Positions 38,228 to 51,315 of a stretch of DNA of 64,000 bases are shown one piece after another. Origin of the DNA: Felis catus. Taxonomy: Eukaryota. Numbering within the stretch: the stretch's first letter is position 1; each line of letters opens with the position of its first letter. The notes under the pieces are model-generated. The model worked only from the letters and a program-made list of their open reading frames with translations. It made no database searches and was not told the origin of the DNA. Location of the stretch: the NCBI RefSeq assembly GCF_018350175.1, contig NC_058369.1:49972001-50036000 (forward strand). The letters run 5' to 3'. A program made the translations under genes and the position numbers.

Positions 38228-38500
38228 GGGGCGCCTGGGTGGCTCAGTCGATTAAGCATCTGACCATTGGTTTTGGCTCAGGTCACGATTTCACAGTTGG
38301 TGAATTTGAGCCCCACGTGGGGTTTTGGCTCAGGTCACGATTTCACAGTTGGTGAATTTGAGCCCCACGTGGGGCTTCGTGTTGACAGCATGGAGCCTGC
38401 TTGGGATGCTCTCCCTCCCTCCCTTCTTCCCTCCCTCTCTCTCTCTTTCCCCCATCTGCTCCTGTGTGCTCTCTCTCAAAATAAACTTAAAAAAAAAAAA
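38228..38500 (+). mobile_element. Can-SINE with a perfect internal 52-bp tandem duplication
   Basis: ggggcgcctgggtggctcag head. Duplicated units at 38269-38320 and 38321-38372. CT tract and poly-A. Confidence 0.93.
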
Positions 38501-39163
38501 CGAATTTAGTTTGTGCAAACATATATGCAATTATGATATGCCAGGAACTAAGCTGATAAGTAGAAAAATAGAAGGAAAAGAGTCCCAGAAGCTGATGGTT
38601 TCAGAAGAGGAGCAGCCAGTCCGGCCATTAGAGAAGAAACAGTCCCTGAAGACCTTGACCAGAGGTAGGAGTATGGAAGTGAGGGGGATCAGAAGAGGCA
38701 GTACTTAACCCCACCTGGGAGGTCAGGGAAGGCTTACCCAGGAGGCGACATCTGAGCTGAGTGTTGAGAGACAAGGATAAATGAGCTGTTAGGATCGGGT
38801 CATGGTCTAGTTTTATGCTTTCCAAGTATGTCACGTATACTGTCCATCCTACCTGACTTCTAACTCAGGGAATATCATCCATCTTGAATTGCAGAGAAAT
38901 ACATTTCCGTGTATCCATCCATCCCTACATCTGCAGCTTTTGTTTTCTCCTCTGAGAACCTGCTCCTCTTGCCTCTCAACCAAAATATTTCGGGTGATGA
39001 GGATAGCAAACCCTGTCAGACGGGCACACAGAAAGCTTTATGGCAGTGGCTTGAGACTCTCAGCAAAGGAGATCCGGCAAACTCACCCCCGTCGAGTTTG
39101 AAGTTTTGCAGGAAGATTTAGATTCAGAGACCTGAGATTATGCAATAGAAATGGGAAGAAAGG

Positions 39164-39164
<1 letters not shown>

Positions 39165-39203
<39 letters not shown>
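39165..39203. repeat. (CA)n microsatellite
   Basis: About 19 uninterrupted AC units. Confidence 0.97.
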
Positions 39204-39206
<3 letters not shown>

Positions 39207-40964
39207 TGAAATTCAGCACACAGCACATGTGAGCAGAACATGAAAACAATCCAGAGCACCACAGGCAGCAGTTTTGCTCCCTGAGTTTTATTCACCTTTA
39301 AACTCTGAAACCATAAATGATACTTAGAGGAAAAGAAATCCCAAGTAGGACACCTTAATGAACTAACAGAAAGAAAATCAGCCTTTTGAAATGCAGGAAG
39401 TTGGTTAATAAGATGGAGAATCTGCCATCACAACAATTCCTTTCATCCATTTCTTCAGATTTCTCACTTGGTCTGACAATGTGGGTTCCTTGTTGCCATG
39501 TGGTAGAGCAGATGAGGCATCAAAATGAAAAACACATGGTTTGGATGTCAAAATGCCACTGGGATGATTGTTCTTGATTTTTGTCAGTTGTATATGGTAT
39601 GTAAAAGAAAAATTCCAGATGATTCCCTGCCAGTTATCTGGAAAATGAAATTATGGACATCATTGCTATGTGTGGACCTGAGAAGAGGCAAAGTTTGATG
39701 GAAAAGCTGTGTTTCCTCTCGAGTCTGTCCTCCTACACAGCCAAAGGCCTGAACAGCCCATGGGGGGGAGACACCCCATAATTAAGATTCATTCTACCTA
39801 CAATGGCTGTTGTCACTCACCTCTATTTTTCCTTGGACCCAGCCCAGGGCTGGGACCATCACAAGGGAAATCATCATACATTTATTTTAATAATGCTTGT
39901 AGTGAATACTTCAGCAACTACAATTAATTTTTAAGAGGTCGAAAAGGCTTCAGAGTTTCCCTAGGTCACCTTCCTTATTTAACAGACAAGGAAACAACAG
40001 ATCTAGCAGGTTAGGTGACTTGTTCCAGGTCACAGAGCTAGTGAGTAGAAGAGGTGGGGTAAGAATTTGAGGTATCCTAGCATTTCAGGTTCAGAAAAAC
40101 TTTTAAAACTTTATTTTGTTCAACTGTCCCATCCTTAAACATCAGATGAACTGGACACGACAGGCAGATGCTCTGAGAATACCACTGACAAGCACTTGCA
40201 GCTCCCGAGGAGACCTATTGAACTCCTCTGCTTATGAGATAACTCTTCCTTATTGTGAGCTAAAATCTGTCTCTGCAACCTCTTCCCATTGCTTCTGTTT
40301 CCCTAGCTCCTCAGTGCAAGGATGTGATGACCACTTTTTCCTAACGTTCCTGTTCTGGTAACTGACCAAGTCCTACATGTTGTTCAGGATTAAGGTCAAA
40401 GCATCTGTTTCCTGGGTTAGTTCCTGGCTTCTGGGGGACCTGGTGTCAGCCTTTAGCCAAGTGAGATGGCCAACAGACAGCCCCCATGTTTTGTTTTGGC
40501 ACGAGTTTGGTGACCTCCACTTTAGCAGGTTATTTACCTCTCCTTAAAATCTCACCCAATTGGGAAGGTCACTTCTATGCCACCAAACTATCCTATTTCT
40601 TGGAGGATAGCTTTTAAAGTGGAAAAACTTGGCAAAAGAGGAGGGGAGAGGCAACTCTAAGCACTAAGAACTCCAAACCTGTGTCCTAAATACTCATGAA
40701 AAATCAGCACTGGTCTATACACAAAGTACCTGATTTATAAAGGGCAGAGGTGTGGGGATATGATAAGAAATCAGAAAAGGCTAAGGAGGAAAAGAAGAAA
40801 ACCTTGATAAACAGAGGTAATATCTTTTTAAAAAGCTTTTAAAATTATTTGCAAAGTTGTCATAGCTTACTATATGGAATGCTAGAACAGTAACAAAGTA
40901 GTCTAAATTTTATATCCTGGTGACTTTACCATCTAGAGGGAATGCTCAAAATATAAATATGAAG

Positions 40965-41100
40965 GGGGCACACGCCTAGGTAGCTCAGTTGGTTAAGTGT
41001 CCAACTGATGATCTCAGCCCAGATCTTGATCTCAGGGTTATGAGTTCAAGTCCCATATCGAGGTCCATGCTGGGCATGAAGCCTCCTTTAAAAAAAAAAA
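40965..41100 (+). mobile_element. Short, older Can-SINE lacking the CT tract
   Basis: tagctcagttggttaag...gagttcaagtccc...catgaagcctcctttaaaa. The motif atgaagg flanks both ends. Confidence 0.85.
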
Positions 41101-41109
41101 AAATGAAGG

Positions 41110-41760
41110 CTGGTCACCAATAATAACTTGCTTTCATTAAAAGATGCCACTAAGAAAGTGAAAGATAATCCACAAAGAAAATATTCACAGTACGTCTATC
41201 TGACAAGAGATTGTATCCAAAATATATAAATAACTGCTTTAAATCAAATTTTTTTACCTTTTTATAACATTCATTTTTGAGAGAGACAGAACATGAGTGG
41301 GGCAGGGGCAGAGAGAGAGGGAGACACAATCAGAAGCAGGCTCCAGGCTCTGAGCTGTCAGCACAGAGCCTGAGGCAGGGCTCGAACTCACCAACCCTGA
41401 GATCATGACCTGAGCTGAAGCTGGGCTTTCAACCAACTAAGCCACCCATGCACACCCCATTTAAATCAATTTTTTAAAAGCAGTCCAATTTTTAAAAAAA
41501 AATAGGTGAAGATTTGAACAAGCATGTCACAGAAAAAAAATGTCTAAATGGCTAATAAGTGTAGGGAAAGGTATTCAACCTTATTACTCCTGAGAAAAAC
41601 ACAAAAGCACAATGATACGGCGTTACATACCCAGAAGAGTAGTAAAATTAAATATTGACAATAGCAAGTGTTGACGAGGATGTGGAGCAGCTAGAATTCA
41701 TACATTGCCAGAGACAATATAAAATAATACAACCTTTTTGGGAAACTGGTAGAAGAATCT
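41110..41760 (+). mobile_element. Ancient L1 ORF2 3' fragment interrupted by a SINE
   Basis: tatctgacaagagattgtatccaaaatatataaa...aaatggctaataag...gtgttgacgaggatgtggagcagctagaattcatacattgc. Confidence 0.8.
41250..41458 (-). mobile_element. Can-SINE
   Basis: Reverse SINE body. tttaaatcaa occurs on both sides. Confidence 0.92.
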
Positions 41761-42681
41761 TGAGGAGATAGAAGGAAAGAGAGCATGAGGGCAGAGGACA
41801 CAAGACAGACATGGAAAAGAGTAGGTGAGACCAGCGTCCCTCAGCGGGATCCTCAACCATGGGGCTTATTCTAAAACCTTCTTACTCCTGGGCCAAGATC
41901 AGAACTGACAAGGTAGGAGTAGAGCCAGAGACATGGGAGGGAGACTCTGGTAGATTTAGGAAGAATCTGGAGATGAAAAGGAAATGAAAGTGAGAGGGTT
42001 GGGGAAGGCACCATTCCAAACCAAACTGAATTTTTAATGTCTGGTCCCAAGTTTTATTATCTTTCTGCAGGCTCGCCTATGAAAGGATTGGCTTTAGGAT
42101 GGTGGATGAGCCAAGCCTTGATTTGTTTCCCTTCTTCAAACAACTGACTTGAACTTTCATCTGATCCTTGAGGCCCCCTCTTTCTGGCTGGAGGTCTCTT
42201 GAGAAAAAACTCCAGTGATTTCCATGGTCTGGGGAGGCAGTTGGCTCAGTGCTCTGGACAACAGCAGCCACATCTCAGCAGAGTTGGCCCTCCTGAGAGA
42301 CAAGAGCCAGAGGGACAACTGAAAATTGGCTGAAATTTAGTCCAAACCACTCAGAGCTCAGACCAATATCGATGTTAAGTTTCTAGTCCTTGATGAATAT
42401 TTATACCAAAATAGGGCCAGTGGAAAAGTTCCATCTGTGTGGATTTTAAGAATTTTGCCTTCCCTCAGCCACGTTGACCAAACTCAGGAAAGCGGCAGAA
42501 TCATTGCCAAGTACGTACTCTTTGAAGTACAAGAAATTCTGAGAAGGCCCTGGACCCATCATATTTCTTCTTATCCCAAAAACTTAGATTTGGCACTCCT
42601 TTCTTTAAAAAATTCTTACTATCTCCACCTCTTGGTGCTTTATAATTTTAGCCTAGCCTTTGACACCATGAACACTCTTTT

Positions 42682-42711
42682 TTTAAATTTTTTTTTAAAA
42701 TTTTTTCTTGA

Positions 42712-42761
<50 letters not shown>

Positions 42762-42925
42762 GTGAGCTGGGGAGGGGCAGCAAGAGCCGGAGACAGAATC
42801 CGAAGCAGGCTCTAGGCTCTGAGCTGTCAGCACAGAGCCCAATTTGGGGTTCAAACTCACAAACCACAAGATCATGACCTGAGCAGAAGTCGGACACTTA
42901 ACTGACTGAGCCACCCAGGCACCCC
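42682..42925 (-). mobile_element. Can-SINE containing a (CA)~22 microsatellite (42714-42757)
   Basis: Reverse SINE. Degenerate TSD caccatgaacactctttt / cactataaacactctttt. Confidence 0.93.
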
Positions 42926-43574
42926 CACTATAAACACTCTTTTGAAAGAGTGGCTAAGTCTATTCAAAGTCTTGTTAGGTGAAATTGCTTTCCTGGTTGA
43001 TATTTTCCCCATCTTTCTAAAATCTGGGTGGTCCAGTTAATGACTTTAACTCACCTCCTTACTTTGCTAGTAGAGAAATGGCCCCAAATTTTCTCCTCAG
43101 TTGTATTACTCACTCCATACTCCTCAGAACCAAAAACAAAAAATTTCAGTAAGTTCTGCCCTTGATAGGAGGGATTAAATTAGAAGCTTTGCTCTTGCAC
43201 CAGGTATATTAACTGCATTTATCAAACACGGGCCATGTGCCAGGCACTGTGCTACATAGTTTTTTCCTAATGTTTATAGAAATCTCATTTTACAGATGAG
43301 TAAACTAAGATTCAGAGAGATTAAATAAATTGCATTGGTGACATAGCTAGATGATGAACATGAATTAAATGTAGGAGATTCAATCCACAGCTCTCCCTCT
43401 GCCCTCTATGCCATTTCTTATCTACATGTAACACATTTGCAGGGTTCCAGAAAGATGAGTAATGATAGAGAGTAGTGCTCAGGCTCAGACCTTTTAAAAG
43501 TCAATAGCACTAGTTAGAATTTAATAATGTTGTTTTATATTTGTCATATTTTTTACACTTACCTTCTATTTTTT

Positions 43575-43802
43575 TAATTCTTTTTAACGTTTGTTTACTT
43601 TTGAGAGAGAGAGAGAGAGAGAGCATGCACATGTGCGTGCAAGTGGGGGAAGGGCAGAGAGAGAGGGAGACAGAATCTGAAGCAGGCTCCAAGCTCTGAG
43701 CTGTCAGCACAGAGCCCGATGTGAGGCTCAAACCCACAAACCGTGAGATCATGACCTGAGCCGAAGTCAGATGCTCAACCGACTGAGCCACCTAGGGGCC
43801 CC
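43575..43802 (-). mobile_element. Can-SINE
   Basis: Reverse SINE. TSD ttaccttctatttt on both sides. Confidence 0.93.
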
Positions 43803-44829
43803 AGTTTACCTTCTATTTTAATATATTTTAGGGTTAAAAGGTTTTTTTCAAGAAAGAAGTTTTAAGTAATTTGTTTAAAGAAAAATTATAGTAATCACCC
43901 AGGTGGTATACTGAGGACAGAATTCATAAAGGAGGAACATAGGCATTCATAAACATCTAATATTGGATTACCCTTGATCTCTACAGCACTTTACAAATTT
44001 CTCAACATCCTATATGCATGATCATGTTTGATTCTCACAACAGCCCCATGAGGATGGTAGGAATTATGATCCATTTTAAAGGTGAAAAAAATCGAGGTTC
44101 AGAGAGCAGAAACTGCTCACCAGGGTTACATGTGTAGTGATAAAGTAGCCAGGGCTTGGGTTCAGCTCCAACACAAATGGTGTCCCCTGCTGCTCCACCA
44201 GCAAATTCAAGGGCAGGAGTAGAGAAAGCAATGTTCCAAAGCAATGATCCAAGGCCAGAAATGCCATTGAAAGTCTGTAGAACTGAATGACTCTCACAGG
44301 CTGACCTGAGTTTTCAGTTTCCCAGTACTTGTGTGTATTCTGTTTCATGGAGAAGCCCGAGGTTGCTAAGTCTGAGTTGCTCTAGAGAAGTTGGGTTTTC
44401 TCTCTCTGGTGAGTCACCTTTCAGAAGGTCAGAAAGTGGCTCTCCCATCATGAGAGCATCTCCTATCTTCTGGGGTACACCATGGAAGCGATGGCACACA
44501 CTAGAAATGGGCCCCTCAAAGAGGAAAAGCTGGATTCTGCCCAAGAAGAAGAGCATTTCTTTCCATGTCTACTTGCCTTGAACAACTGACTGGGATGCAG
44601 ACCACAGGTCTGGGTGACTGGATGGGTAGGGATACAATAAAGATGGGAGAACCAGTGGGTTTGGGTAGCAAAGAAGGTGAGGTGGGAGTGCCAACAGCCT
44701 ATCCACGAAGAGATTCCAGGAGCTGAAAGCACTCATGGAGGGAACACTGAGAGCTGGAGAGAATACTGAAGCCATTTGAATAGACAAATGCATGAGAGAA
44801 AAGCATGTTGAAAATCAAGAGGCTATAAT

Positions 44830-45013
44830 GGGGCACCTGGGCGGCTCAGTTGGTTAAGCGTCCAACTTCAGCTCAGGTCACGATCTCATGGTTTGTGAGT
44901 TCCAGCGCTGTGCTGACAGCTCAGAGCCTCGAGCCTGCTTCTGATTCTGTGCCTCCCTCTCTCTCTGACCCCTCCCCAACTCTCTCTCTCTCTCAAAAAT
45001 AAGTAAACATTAA
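44830..45013 (+). mobile_element. Can-SINE with a short internal deletion after the B box
   Basis: ggggcacctgggcggctcag...gagttccagc joined to gctgtgctgacag; CT tract; aaaaataagtaaacatt. Confidence 0.92.
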
Positions 45014-45264
45014 GAACAAGTGCTGGAACCTTAGAGTAGAGGGGAGGAGGAAGCGGTTGGGGAGGGCTGTTAAGAAGGGTTGGGCAACCAGGGGAGGCTA
45101 GAATCTTGGAAACTACAGGAAATCAGGTTGATTCTTGTTTTCCCAACTCTTCCTACAGGCATCAGCCTCAGATGAAGGGTATCTATTACGCATTAGCTTT
45201 TAACGCAACACTGAAGAAGCATTAATCAAAGGCAAAAATGAAAGTGTTATAAAAGAAGCTAGTC

Positions 45265-45590
45265 AGACACATGTTTATTAAGGAGCTACTATGTGCAAAG
45301 CAGAATTTGAGGCACTGGTGACAGAGCAATAAACTAGACACACAGGGACCCTGCCTCCATATTGCTTCCTGTCTAGCAGGAAAGAATGTCATTGAAGAGT
45401 TATATTCAGGATTAAGTAATAATCATGATGAGTGCTACAAAGAAGTATAAGATACAGGGTTTTCTAAGACCCTATGATAGGGGTACCTGAATGACAAATA
45501 CGAGTTAGGTGAGGGGAGAGAGAAATGTTCCACACAGAAGGAACTGCATATGGGCAGACTCAGAGGTATACAGGAATGTATCATCTTTCC
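45265..45590 (-). mobile_element. L2 fragment
   Basis: tttattaaggagctactatgtgc...aggcactgg...ccctgcctccatattgcttcctgtctag. Confidence 0.7.
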
Positions 45591-46380
45591 TGGGGCATAT
45601 GGTTAAATGAATAATCCTAAATTTATTCAAGAGATAACTTTCTGGAAGGTGACTTGGTTTCCATAGTTCTGACTACATTTTGATTGTGTTAAATGAGCTG
45701 CAAAAGTGAGACCTTGAAAATGAATTATTTGCAAGGTGAGTGACCAAGTGCTGATTTCTGTTTCATAAAACTAGCTTGCAAAAACTTGATCTAAATGCCC
45801 TTAAAGTGCTTTTATTTCTAAGACTATGATTTCCTTGTGTCAGATTTTCTCAAACATAGAATTCCACTATATAAAGTATATACAACTGATGCATTATGGA
45901 GAGGGAAAGTCAAGGAGAGGATTAAGTATTTGAAGATATATTTAATATTAGTTTGAAAAACATATGCTAGCGAAGAAAAAGAACAGGGAAGTCATTTATA
46001 AGAAAGGGTACTTGTTTTAAACCAAGAAACCTTCTTGGTGAAGGCACTCCAGTAAAACGGAAGTGGTTTCTTAACATCAAGGCACCAATGTTGGCTGAAG
46101 GAAATGTGCGTGTCTCCATGCTTCCAATGTCATAAGTTAACCTGAGAATTTATGTGTGCGATTCCCAGCAGGAGTCATTTGCATAAGCAAAGGCTTCAGA
46201 CTTTTAATAACAGTGCTGTACTTTTACATGGCACACTCCCTATTACAATGTTAAGATTCGGATAAGCAAGATTAAAAATTCTCCAACTTGGTTTGCTAAG
46301 TCTCTCCATTTCCAAAATTAACTCCAATAAAAGTGTGTTATCCTTAGATCAGTAATGCTGCAAGAATTCAGACACATACA

Positions 46381-46382
<2 letters not shown>

Positions 46383-46417
<35 letters not shown>
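46383..46417. repeat. (CA)n microsatellite
   Basis: About 17 AC units. Confidence 0.97.
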
Positions 46418-46419
<2 letters not shown>

Positions 46420-49400
46420 AATTAACATCCTTTTAGGAAAAAATTCTTAGGACATCAGGCTGCTAAAATCAGGAGTCTTATAAAAACTGGGGAGGTATAA
46501 TAAGTAAGTATTGCTGGCCTCAAGCTTAGAGTTTTATACTTGAGGAGGAGTCTACTAAGGGCTGAAACCTAAGAAGTAGGAAGCCACTTAGATTTTAATT
46601 TCCAAGTATGGCCTGAAGGTATTAGGCCTGGGGACACCAACAGCTTGTTCTCATTTAGGACATGGGGGAGGGGAGAGTAAAGAAACCCTACAAGGACTTT
46701 ATTTTATCTTAATTTCCCTCAAGCCACTTGGTAAATCGCTGATAAAATTCCCAAGGGGGTTGGAGAGCTTCTGGCTCCTAGCAAAACTAGTGGCATTACT
46801 TACATCTTCCCAAGAACTGGCAGGGCCTATCAGTGAAAGAAAAAAAAGACAAGTTTAAAAAAGATATGTTGGAGCCTCTGCAAACAATTTGGCAAGAAAT
46901 GCTAGGTCAGCTCTTGCCCTGTGGGAATCCCTTTCACAGTCAATGAAAACAACACCCATACTTTGGGAACCTAGTGGTCTCAAAAGATCCATAAAAAGTC
47001 TGGATGTTGGGAGGGGGGGGGGGAGGGCAGGAGGACCCTCCCCCCACTGACTATTTTAACTAAGCAGTGTGCCCTCAAATAATGGGCTGACCTATCTAAA
47101 ACCAGGCAGTTCTCAAAAACAGGAGAGAGTGGCTTTGGCAGTCTGCGTTTGTGCAATTCACTATTCATGTTAGCCTGGGCAGTCCAAAGGAAGCTGGTGT
47201 CAAAGGAAAATATTAGTTCAGCCTGAAAATCCTATCACTTCAGTCCAGCAGGGTCCCTTACATGTAAAATTTGTGGACCTGCTTTGGATTCAACCACATG
47301 TTCCCATGAGCTGTCAGCAAGAAGCTGGCAGCACACAGGCTGCTTACCTCTCTCCTTCAGTCACCATCATTTCTGCACTACCAAAGGAATGTTCAACAAT
47401 GGAGGCAGAGTCCTGAGCAGGGCCTGACAACTTCCAGCGTTTTCCACGCGCTGCCTTCAGATGCAATCATCCAGCCATGGAGCACTCATTTTAGGATTTG
47501 GAGCTTTCTGCCTTGTTCTGTACTCCTCTTTTTCAAAGTGACCCCAGCCCCATCACCTTTGAAAGAAGAGTTATTCTGCAAATATTTCGAGACTGCCCAC
47601 TTTGAAGGGCTCCGGCCATCGCCAAGTGGGAAAGGAGCCCAGCCATGTGAATCGTCTCATGCAATTGCTACAGCTCCTTTGTCCAAAGGTCCCTCATGTC
47701 AGGCCTTTCCAAGAGCCGCAAACCCTTGGAAAATGTACTGATTTGAGTCTTACCGCTTTTTTGCCTATTTTTGATGAAAGTGCTAAAAATACAAAAGAGT
47801 AAAATTACCCAAAAGGCAGATGGAAGCAAAAGAAAAAGGGGGTAGATAATCCCCTATCTTGGCTAGGGGAGCACTCACAGTGCCTGCTCCATTATGCCAA
47901 GTGATGATGTGGTAAGAGGTAGACATTACTAATAGACGCAGCCAACCAGGCCTGATAATGGGAAAGAATGGTTGCAATAACTTGTTCTAATCAAGAGGAG
48001 ACATTCAGGATGCAGACAGTTAAGGATAGGGTCAGCTGTTGGATGGGCTACAGTGTTAGAACCAGCTACCCCAAAGGCAGGCTTCCGTGTGCCCACTCTG
48101 TTCATGGCCCTCAGTCTGGGCATTCCTGTTTTTCTGAAACCAGCCTCAAATCAGTGAAGGTTGGCTCAAAGAGGAGGGGTGGGAGGGGGGATAGGAAGGG
48201 AGGCAAGAGCAGGGTCTTAAACAGAGAAAGCTTTCATTTCACATTTCCCTTCCCCCATATGGATTTGCTTTTCTATTCAGTTTTCATAGCTAGATTAACC
48301 CTTTTTGTTCACACATGTGAATCTTGGGAATCTCCAATAATTTCCTTCCCTGGAGGGGAAGACAGAACCAAACAAGTGATTACAAGTATAGAAAATGTTC
48401 CATACAGGGCTGTGTGTGCGTGCGCACTCATGGATATGCGTGCCGTGTGTGGATGTGTGGATGTGTGCACGTGTGTGTGCATGCATGTGGATGGGTGTCT
48501 AACAGGTCATACGTGGTGGTTAGGAGCTTAGAAAGGACAGGAGAGGGGAGAGCTTCCTGAAGAGGTAATGGGCGGAACTGGTGGCAGTTTCCAGAACTAC
48601 TCCAGGGGCATGGTCATCAAGGAGACTCAACAGATGGATTGGGACCCATTTCAGGGGAAGCTGGCAGGGTAGACAGAGGAGCGAAAAGCTTCTTTCACCA
48701 CCCCAATGGGCTGGGACCGCCGGGCATCCTGCTGACTTTTCACACCCTCTAGAGCATGTGCTGGGATTCTGTGAATTTTCTTCTCCTTGATGGCTGCCCT
48801 GCTTTCAACTTAATTTTACCTGTTAAATATCATGTGTTGAGAGAGGAAGAATAGTAAAGAGAACATGGTGTATTTTGTCCCAAACACAAATTCTCGTAGA
48901 GTCAAGCCTGAACAAACCATCTTGACAAAAACAAAAACAAAAACAAAAAACAAAAACAAAAAAACTTTTCTTATAGAGAGTAAAAAGTGCTCTTTTGTTG
49001 GGCATTTGTTCAAAACTTTATTTGGGATACCAGACACTCCTAACATGAGCTAAATTCATCAGACTAACTCTCAACCACAGCTGGTCTGAGGAATCAACTT
49101 AATACACACAAACCATTTAACAGGAAAGATAATCAGATCTATACCCCAAAATACTGACAACTCAAGCATTTCTGCCATCAGCTCATCAGCCACTAAATGT
49201 TTTCCTTTTCTGCTGCTTTAAATAGGATTGGGCTTTAAAAACAAAAAGGAAAAAGAACAAGTTTTCCATCCATTGAATTCTGAGTACAAGATCAGCTGGG
49301 CTAATCTCAATTTGTTTAGTCTATGCATTTTTATCCTTATTACACAATTCAGGAAAAGGGTATCTAAGTTGAAGTGATTTCGTTACATCTGTGCTTGTCC

Positions 49401-49944
49401 AGACAGAAGACTAGGAACGCCCAGGGAACAACCATGGAGAAGAAACAGTGTATGTGGACACATACCCACACAGATATCCACATACATCTGCGCACACACA
49501 TCCATGTACACACATGCACACACACACACAATCCCCTGAGGAATATTTGTGTCCCCAGATATGACCTCTGATGTAGACAAGGTCTTTGTTGCTGCCTTTG
49601 TGAGACTTGCTGTGGTTTTAGGAGGCACTTTATCCTCAGTTGTTTCCATGGCTAATTTGCATGGCATTATAGAGAGCATAGGTCAGTCAGTGCAGAATGG
49701 AAATTTGAATAAGTTTCTGCTCACTCCTCTGTACCATATTTGAAGCCAGCCACCTTAAGGCCAGGCTACACACCCCACTTTTTCATCTCCTGTTTGGGGA
49801 AACAGGGTTTTCTTGGCCACAAACTGAAGCCCTGGCTTGAGGCTTCTGCAGCCAGAGTACAAGTATCAGTAGGGAGGAGAGAGAGGCAGGAGACCAACAC
49901 AGGGCAACAGTTGTGCCTAAGATTGGAGGGGACAAGATGGGGAA

Positions 49945-50128
49945 NNNNNNNNNNNNNNNNNNNNNNNNNNNNNNNNNNNNNNNNNNNNNNNNNNNNNNNN
50001 NNNNNNNNNNNNNNNNNNNNNNNNNNNNNNNNNNNNNNNNNNNNNNNNNNNNNNNNNNNNNNNNNNNNNNNNNNNNNNNNNNNNNNNNNNNNNNNNNNNN
50101 NNNNNNNNNNNNNNNNNNNNNNNNNNNN
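49945..50128. other. Assembly gap (184 N)
   Basis: Run of N. Confidence 0.99.
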
Positions 50129-51089
50129 TGCCCAAAGTCACCCTAATGTAAGAGTTTGTGTTGTTCATCCAGCATCCCTGGATTTCTGGGCCCCAGTCTT
50201 TACCTCTGGTGGCACACAGGACATGTCACAAGGAGGGTTTATGTTCAGGAAGGGTGACGAATGTAACTCTGACATTAAGAATGGACAGTTATTGTACTAG
50301 TAAGTGTATTGATTTCATTACTCTGTTAAGATTTTGTAAGGCTATTTGGCAACTCATTCTTTCAATCACTGGAGAGCTTCAAAAAAAAAAAAAAAAAAGA
50401 AAGAAAAAAAGAAAAAACACAGAAGTTCAGACCCTGTCGAGGCCATGGGGTTCTTGAGTGGGACAATGAAATATAAGGCCCCCATTACACTTCCCAGCCA
50501 GGTCAGTCTCTGAAAGGATCACACTTCTCAAGTGGGGGGTGGGGAAAACAACTTTCCACGATGCAGCTTGTAACCATCTGGGCCTTGAGTGTCCCAGCTT
50601 GGGCCCCTCTGTCTGGCAGGACCTCTCAGTCCCCACTTGGGCCCCAGGTTTAGGGAGGACCACCCTGACCTCAAGCCTGGCAAAGGATCTCAACATCAGT
50701 GGGAGTCACCCAATAAGTCATCCAGCCAGGGAAATTTAGAAGCAGAGGAAGGGCTGTGGTCTCCCTTCTGTCTGGCTATTCAGAGAGTTACTGCATTTGG
50801 CATGAATGCCTGTGAGGTGGGCTTATGCCAGGGAAGAAGGAACCAAAATGAAATAACAAAAGTCAGACATGCTGTAAATCTCACCTTGTAAGGAATGGTG
50901 GTCTGGGAGGAGATGTCTCTCTCCGATGAGCTGAGAGCCACAGAGTCCAAGTTGTGGTGGCTGAGGGTACAATGGGGAAGCCCAGTTGTTCCCAGACTTG
51001 TCTGCACATTGGGCTCCTCCAGAGAACTTCCCAAATGACTGAGGTCTGTTGCCCGTCCCCAGCAATTATGGCTAAATTTCAGTGACATG

Positions 51090-51315
51090 CAGCTGGGATT
51101 TTAGAAGTGTTAAAAGATCTCCAGGTGATTCTATTGTGTAGACAAGTTGGGAACCGCTGATGTAGCCCTTTGCTCTTTAAAGCGTGGTCCCCGGACTGGC
51201 AGCATCAGCTTTCCCTGGAAGGTCGGTAGAACTACGGAATATAAGGCTCATCCCAGACCTGCTACACCACAGTCTTCTTGTTAGCTAGATCCCAGCTGAT
51301 GTCCATGCTAATCAG
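51090..51315. mobile_element. Adjacent MER5-like hAT fragments
   Basis: ctccaggtgattct...ttgggaaccgctg followed by aagcgtggtccccggactggcagcatcagc...cccagacctgct. Confidence 0.6.

Noticed and set aside
42406-42415. Isolated CArG consensus CCAAAATAGG (also CCAAATTAGG at ~8565)
   Set aside because: Several matches are expected by chance in 64 kb, and there is no supporting context.
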